A DNA stretch of 64,000 nucleotides, taken from positions 27,590,001 to 27,654,000 of the forward strand of contig OX597832.1 in NCBI GenBank assembly GCA_951406725.2, in the 5' to 3' direction. Under the pieces are notes generated by a model. That model worked only from the letters and a program-made list of their open reading frames with translations. It had not been told where the DNA came from and did not search any database. The position numbers were made by a program, and so were the translations under genes. How positions within the stretch are numbered: position 1 is the stretch's first letter; each line of letters begins with the position of its first letter. Positions 58,781 through 64,000 of the stretch are shown in pieces. Origin of the DNA: Octopus vulgaris. Lineage: Eukaryota.

Positions 58781-59133
58781 AGCCCAAGTCGGAACAGATA
58801 TTTTCACGAGGCATTTCCGACCTTGCCAAGTTTATATCTGACCTAAAATTTTCAAATCGTCGCACTCGCGCCAAATTTATCGGCAGCAAATAAATATAAG
58901 CCGTCGATTCCATTACGGAATTAACCAGAAAATTCATAATTAATCAATATAGGGTGGCACCCTATATTGATTAATTATGAATTTTCTGGTTAATTCCGTA
59001 ATGGAATCGACGGCTTATATTTATTTGCTGCCGATAAATTTGGCGCGAGTGCGACGATTTGAAAATTTTAGGTCAGATATAAACTTGGCAAGGTCGGAAA
59101 TGCCTCGTGAAAATATCTGTTCCGACTTGGGCT

Positions 59134-59240
59134 ATTTCTTACTGATGAATCTGAGGGCCTGTGGAAGATTGGCTTGATTTAATTTAATCAGGTTAGTTTA
59201 CCATTAATCAGCAGATGAAACGGTATATCGTATAAGAAAT
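59134..59240 (+). ncRNA. Type I hammerhead ribozyme motif with extended stem II
   Basis: Stem I atttctta/taagaaat (8 bp); CUGAUGA 59142-48; stem II atctg/cagat enclosing 58 nt; GAAA 59217-20; stem III acgg/tcgt with tata loop; GUA 59230-32. Confidence 0.8.
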
Positions 59241-59598
59241 TACAGGGTAAATGTTTTTTAAATTTTCTCCTGGTTTACGGAATTAACTTTTATTTGCGGT
59301 TGAAGCTTTGGCTGTTATTTCTAGTGGGTGAATGGCCTATTATGGCCGTTCCTTTATTGTTGATGTTGAACTTAAAAATGGTCTATGACTATTTAATTTT
59401 TTCCTACTAGGCCGCTGGTGGCAAAAGAATTCTACAAAATTTTTTTGCCACCCTATATTGATTAATTATATATATATATATATATCATGTTGTTTACGTT
59501 CTGTCACATCCTGTGACCACATATGCATGTATATACATATATATGTAAGTATCTACATATATGCATGTATATATGCATATATATATTATTTATATTAT

Positions 59599-59634
<36 letters not shown>

Positions 59635-59636
<2 letters not shown>

Positions 59637-59783
59637 TCATCACCATCATTTAATGTCTGTTTTCCATGCTGGCATGGAATGGATAGTTTAAAAGGAGTTG
59701 GCAAAGCCAGAGGCCACACTAGATCCCTTGTTTTGGCTTAACTTGGTTTCCACAGCTGGATGCTCTTCCTAATGCCAATCACT
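59635..59783 (-). mobile_element. Degenerate copy of the repeat at 63062
   Basis: catcatttaatgtctgttttccatgctggcatgg...acagctggatgctcttcctaatgccaatcact. Confidence 0.75.
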
Positions 59784-59866
59784 TGTTTGTTTCGGTGGTT
59801 TAAAAATTCTAATGATGGTGATAATAATAAAAGTCAAGTTCATTTTGTTTTTGTCTGAGAGTTTGA

Positions 59867-61218
59867 TCAAAATATTTCAGTTTCAAGTGCCTGCTGTTTA
59901 TTATCTTGCTGCGGTTCTCTGTATGGTACCGGCTGACTCGGTTGAGTGACATTTTCTCGACTCCGCGTAACAGGTCTCGGTGCTGGGGTAGGTTTGTACT
60001 GTCTTTGATGGGGTCGTGCTATCGAGTCCAAGTTCTCCCGGCTGCCTTGCATCGGCTGACGTCTATAGGGATCAGCAGCATTAGGGTTATACAAAACACC
60101 ACCATAATCATTGTAATCCCTAGAAGTGGGTTCATGGTTAAAAGGCTCAGGGCTATTTATACGGTCCCTGCTGCCCCTTTCATAAGTGTTGCGCTGGAGA
60201 TAAGCAACACCAGGATTCAATGTTTGGAATGCTTCTGGGATCCTTTCTTGGACATTTCTGGAAGGATCACCATAGCGGTAATCTGCAAGATTTTCACGAC
60301 TACCAAAGTTTGAAGTTCTTCCTTGATTGGGGACTATATTTATGTCCCTTGGCACTACTTCAGGTCTTCGTGGGGGTTCACCGCGAATGTAGGGACTGGG
60401 CCTGGCCCTTCCATCCAGGGATTCTTTGCTTCCATCACGTGACCTTTGGTTTATGATTTTGGAGAAACTTTTGAATTCCTCAGAAGGTTCGTAGTTATAG
60501 AGTGGCGGTGGCGGTGAAGGTGGTTTCTCTACAGCCGTCTGCATTTGGTTTATGATGGGTTTCTTGTCAAACTCATTGATATACAAACAATGTTCACTCG
60601 GAAGTTTGTTTTGCCTGTTCAGACCCAAGTTAGCATAAATATCCCACTCATTAGGTGGTAAAGACTGCTGGGTCACTCGTCTCTCTTCCTGCTCTCTCTC
60701 TTTCCACACCTGATTCATGACATTTGTATTATAACGAACAGCTGAAGGGCGGTCCTTGTCGCCATCGTCGATACTAATATAGCTTTCATCATCCGTAAAA
60801 CTGACATTGTCGTTGCTGTCAGTGTCGTTGCCGTTGTCGTGACCGTATGGAATCACTGTGGTCTTTGGGGTTTTGATGGCAAACGGAGGCGAGATTTCCG
60901 TGGCCTCTGTATCAAAAGTGTTGAACTTAGACTTATCGATTGAGTTTATACTGATGTGGTCATCCAGGGTGCCCACAAAGCTGATGTTTGTTTGACTGTT
61001 CTGTATGTTGCTCTTTGACCAGTTGGAGGTCATCTGAGATCGAGATCTGGCCGAAGAGCGTAACGAGGCACAACGCTGGAGTCGCATGTCTTTGCGTATT
61101 TTAGACTTTTTGAGCCAAAGTACAATCAATATAATGATGATGATGACAAGTACACTGAAGATGCTGGCCGTTAATGCAATGATGAGTGTGTAATCGGTTG
61201 TCTTGACAACGAAAGGAT
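59867..61218 (-). CDS. Terminal coding exon of a single-pass membrane protein (TM helix plus long cytoplasmic tail)
   Basis: Acceptor ctttctctcttgtttcag at 61219, phase 1; about 450 open codons of non-repetitive sequence; TM YTLIIALTASIFSVLVIIIIILIVLWL then KKSK; stop TGA at 59869-67. Confidence 0.93.
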
Positions 61219-61279
61219 CTGAAACAAGAGAGAAAGTTCAGTTTTAATATAGAATTTCATTCCACATTATTATTATTAT

Positions 61280-61350
61280 GCCCGTGGGCATATGGTATAG
61301 TGGGCTACTAACTCCAAGATTACGAGTTCGATTCCAGGTAGTGACCTGAA
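61280..61350 (+). mobile_element. tRNA-like SINE head fragment
   Basis: tggtatagtgg (A-box-like) and gagttcgattcc (B-box), followed by (AAT)n. Confidence 0.5.
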
Positions 61351-61412
61351 TAATAATATTAATAATTTGAATCAGTTTATTATACAACACAAACTAATTT
61401 ATTTATTTAGAT

Positions 61413-61837
61413 CAGGGGTTCTCAGCCATTTCTTATCTATGGACCCCTTTGATTTCTATTTTATTCTGGTCGACCCCTAAAGCCATTCAATGTTTAAAAA
61501 TTAGTTTTATAATTCCTATATTGTTTTTCACACCTTAACTTGTTGTAGGTTGAACTCTGTAAAATGTTAGAGATAAGAAACGCAGCTGTTTCTTGCAATA
61601 CATACCAATACATACATCGAAAGCAAAACTTTTTCAAGGGCTCTTAAAATACTATTGTAGACAGTTTACTATTTTATTTATATTATTTACGTTTGACGAA
61701 TATTTGTAAAAGAGTAAAAGAATAATGTACATAGTTCCTCATCTCTTAAATGTAGAACTGAATTTAGTATTTTGCTGTGTGGACCCCAACAAATAGGGAC
61801 CCTTAGGGGCCATGTGGACCCCAGTTAGGAACCCTTG
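61413..61837. mobile_element. hAT-family MITE (intronic)
   Basis: TIR caggggttctcagc / agttaggaacccttg; perfect 8-bp TSD atttagat (61405-12, 61838-45). Confidence 0.88.
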
Positions 61838-61889
61838 ATTTAGATTAAGAAAATTAATTGAATAAGGTACTGGCATGGACATGGACATC

Positions 61890-62022
61890 TAGTTAAGAAA
61901 TCAACTTTCCAACCATGGTGTTCTGGGTTCAGTCCTGCTGTGTGGCACCTTTGGCAAGTATCTTCTACTCAAGCCTCAGGCTGACCAAAGCCTGCAGATG
62001 GAAACTGAAAGAAGCCCGTCAA
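61890..62022 (+). mobile_element. SINE family A, degenerate 5' half
   Basis: gttctgggttcagtcc...gtggcacctttggcaagt...ggaaactgaaagaagcccgtc. Confidence 0.8.
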
Positions 62023-62322
62023 AATATTATGTACACATGTGTGAGTGCATGCCGACATTTGTGTGTGTTTTGGGTGGCAGGTGCGGGGGTAGTATACCTT
62101 GTATTTAATATTTCGGGGTTATGAGCCCATTTTCAAGAAATTGTATTACATAAGCAAGGATGGAAACATTTACCCAGGTTTAAAATAGACAATAAATAAA
62201 TAAATAAATAAATAATAATGATGATGATGATGATAAGGAGGAGGAGAACGATGACAATAACGATGATGACGATGATGATGACAATGAAGGATAGAAGACT
62301 GCAAGGAGTGAATAGTTCTCAC

Positions 62323-62530
62323 CGCTTTCACAAATAAATGGCAGTAAAAGTAAATGACAGCTTTCGTGGGTTTCGGCATAATCATCATAAAATATGCCAC
62401 ACATTCCGAGCGAGCTGGGTTTGTTGATCCAAATTCTTAGATTTGTATTATAGTCAAAGTCAGAATCTATGAGCAATTTTTTAGCAAATGATTCCATTTC
62501 TTTACTCTCCATAAGTTCGGCACCTAAAGA
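62323..62530 (-). CDS. Internal exon encoding the C-terminal part of a C-type lectin-like domain (same gene)
   Basis: Acceptor (t)n-cttcag, donor G|gtgaga; 208 nt, phase 0 to phase 1, in frame with the terminal exon (FICES-D-PF). SLGAEL...IWI...C...C..LLPFICE fits the CTLD pattern. Confidence 0.82.
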
Positions 62531-62579
62531 CTGAAGAAAAAAAAAAAAGAAAAAAATAAGTATAATGAAAATATCAAAA

Positions 62580-62775
62580 TTTTGGCACAAGGCCAGCAAT
62601 TCTGGAAGAGGGGTAAGTCAATTACATCAACCCCAGCGCGTAACTGGTACTTATTTTATTGACCCCAAAAGGATGAAAGGCAATGTTGACCTCAGTGGAA
62701 TTTGAACTCAGAACATAAAGACAGACAAAATGCTGCTTAGCATTTTGTCCAGTGCGCTGACAATTCTGCTAGCTT
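62580..62775 (-). mobile_element. SINE family B (intronic)
   Basis: aactggtacttattttattgaccccaaaaggatgaaaggc...gaatttgaactcag. Confidence 0.85.
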
Positions 62776-63001
62776 AATGATAATAATGATGAAATTAAAG
62801 TTAATTAATGATAATAACGATGAAATTAAAGTTAACAATAATGAAATCAAGATAGACAACAATATAATCTTTTGCTTGTCTAAAATGTGGTGTGTTATTC
62901 ACAGAGATTTTAAGGTGGTAAAAGTGTCTTTTGGCATATATTTTTACAGTGTATGGTAAGGCATATAGCCAAGCCCTTGTTATAATTATGTATTTAATTA
63001 T

Positions 63002-63037
<36 letters not shown>

Positions 63038-63061
63038 CATATATTTATATATATCATCATT

Positions 63062-63478
63062 ATCATCATCATCGTTTAATGTCCGCTTTCCATGCTAGCA
63101 TGGGTTAGACGATTTGACTGAGGACTGGCAAACCAGATCGCTGCACCAAGCTCCAATCTTGATCTAGCAGAGTTTCTACAGCTGGATGCCCTTCCTAATG
63201 CCAACCACTCTGACAGTGCAGTGGGTACTTTTACGCTCAAATGGTGCTTTTTATGTGCCACCTGCACAGGAGCCAGTCCAGCGGCACTGGCAATGACCTC
63301 GCTCGAATGTTTTTTTTCACGTGCCACCAGCACAAGTGCCAGTAAGGCGACGCTGGTAACAATCACGCTCGAATGGTGCTTTCTACATGTCACAGGCATG
63401 GAAGCCAGTTTGCTGCTCTGGCAACGATCACGCTCGGATGGTGCTCTTAGTGCTCCACTAGCACCGATGCCAGATATC
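63062..63478 (-). mobile_element. Possibly RTE-tail-type retro-element with internal ~70-bp tandem units
   Basis: (CAT)n-linked end, ggatgcccttcctaatgccaacc motif, and repeated cgctcgaatggtgctttt..gtgccacc units. Confidence 0.6.
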
Positions 63479-63544
63479 AAATTTGATTTCAGTTTCAATT
63501 TTCACTTGTGTGTATATACGTGTATATATATTTATACACGTATT

Positions 63545-63850
63545 TAGTTTGCCTTTTGCGGGAAGGAATGTTTCAATGAAGTCGTGTCTCGCCTTTACCT
63601 TCGAAACGCGGAGTAGATGAAACAGGGGCGACTGAAGAAGGGGAATTTTCCTTGTGTTGTATGTCTTGTACTCTGTTTTTCCGTTGTTTAAGAAAAATGT
63701 CAATTTCCTTGGTTTTCTTTTTATGTTTTCATTTCTCATTGTGTTCAACGTTTTTTTGGTGTCCTGTATCCATATATGCATGTATATATACATGTAGATG
63801 TAGGTACGTACATATATGTATGTATATATGCATATGTTTTATTTATTAAT
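63545..63850 (+). repeat. Interspersed repeat (same family as 13200-13417)
   Basis: Direct similarity within the window. Confidence 0.85.
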
Positions 63851-63910
63851 TTGTTATTATATGACGGAACGCACGCATCCATTTATATATATATATATAT
63901 AAATATATAA

Positions 63911-64000
63911 TAGCAGTATCGCCCGGCATTGCTCGGGTTTGTAAGGGAAATAACTATATAAGCATTTTTAGAGATGTAAAGTATAATAGCCATCTCAATA
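63911..64000 (-). mobile_element. Helitron 3' end (runs off the window)
   Basis: tagcagtatcgcccggcattgctcgggtttgtaagggaaataactata matches 36460-36508. Confidence 0.85.

Larger units (their letters stand above)
58550..59364. repeat. Apparently perfect palindrome, 407-bp arms, 1-nt spacer at 58957
   Basis: Arms are reverse complements wherever I checked; the ORF track shows identical ORFs at 58737-58937(-) and 58977-59177(+). Confidence 0.97.

Noticed and set aside
58737-59177. Two identical 66-aa ORFs on opposite strands
   Set aside because: A consequence of the palindrome; the peptide has no recognisable features.
59906-60456. Plus-strand ORFs of 135 and 78 aa
   Set aside because: Antisense shadows of the real minus-strand exon.
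61280-61345. tRNA gene (also 33262-33310)
   Set aside because: A/B-box-like motifs only, with no complete cloverleaf; better explained as SINE heads.
63595-63655. Permuted hammerhead (GAAAC..GTA..CTGAAGA)
   Set aside because: Stems I and II cannot be closed convincingly around the core.

Overview
AT-rich eukaryotic DNA saturated with microsatellites ((TA)n, (CA)n, (TATG)n, (TAA)n, (GAA)n, (GAT)n, (TAGA)n). The SINE types and repeat density suggest an octopus/coleoid cephalopod genome; this is recognition, not a database result. Nearly all ORFs in the supplied track are microsatellite artefacts. The only well-supported host gene is on the minus strand at the right end: two spliced 3' exons (62530-62323 and 61218-59867) encoding a C-type-lectin-like domain end, one TM helix and a ~410-aa low-complexity cytoplasmic tail. 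The rest is repeat debris: two tRNA-type SINE families, a Dong/R4-type RLE LINE in (TAA)n, three Penelope-like (PLE) RT/GIY-YIG remnants, non-autonomous Helitrons, hAT MITEs with 8-bp TSDs and a 37-bp minisatellite. The most notable signal is a recurrent class of (TA)n-embedded fold-back elements carrying hammerhead ribozyme (HHR) motifs. The best example is an apparently perfect 815-bp palindrome (58550-59364) with a complete type I HHR on each strand, 0.5-1.3 kb downstream of the lectin-like gene's stop codon. A separate compact, intact HHR lies at 11383-11429.
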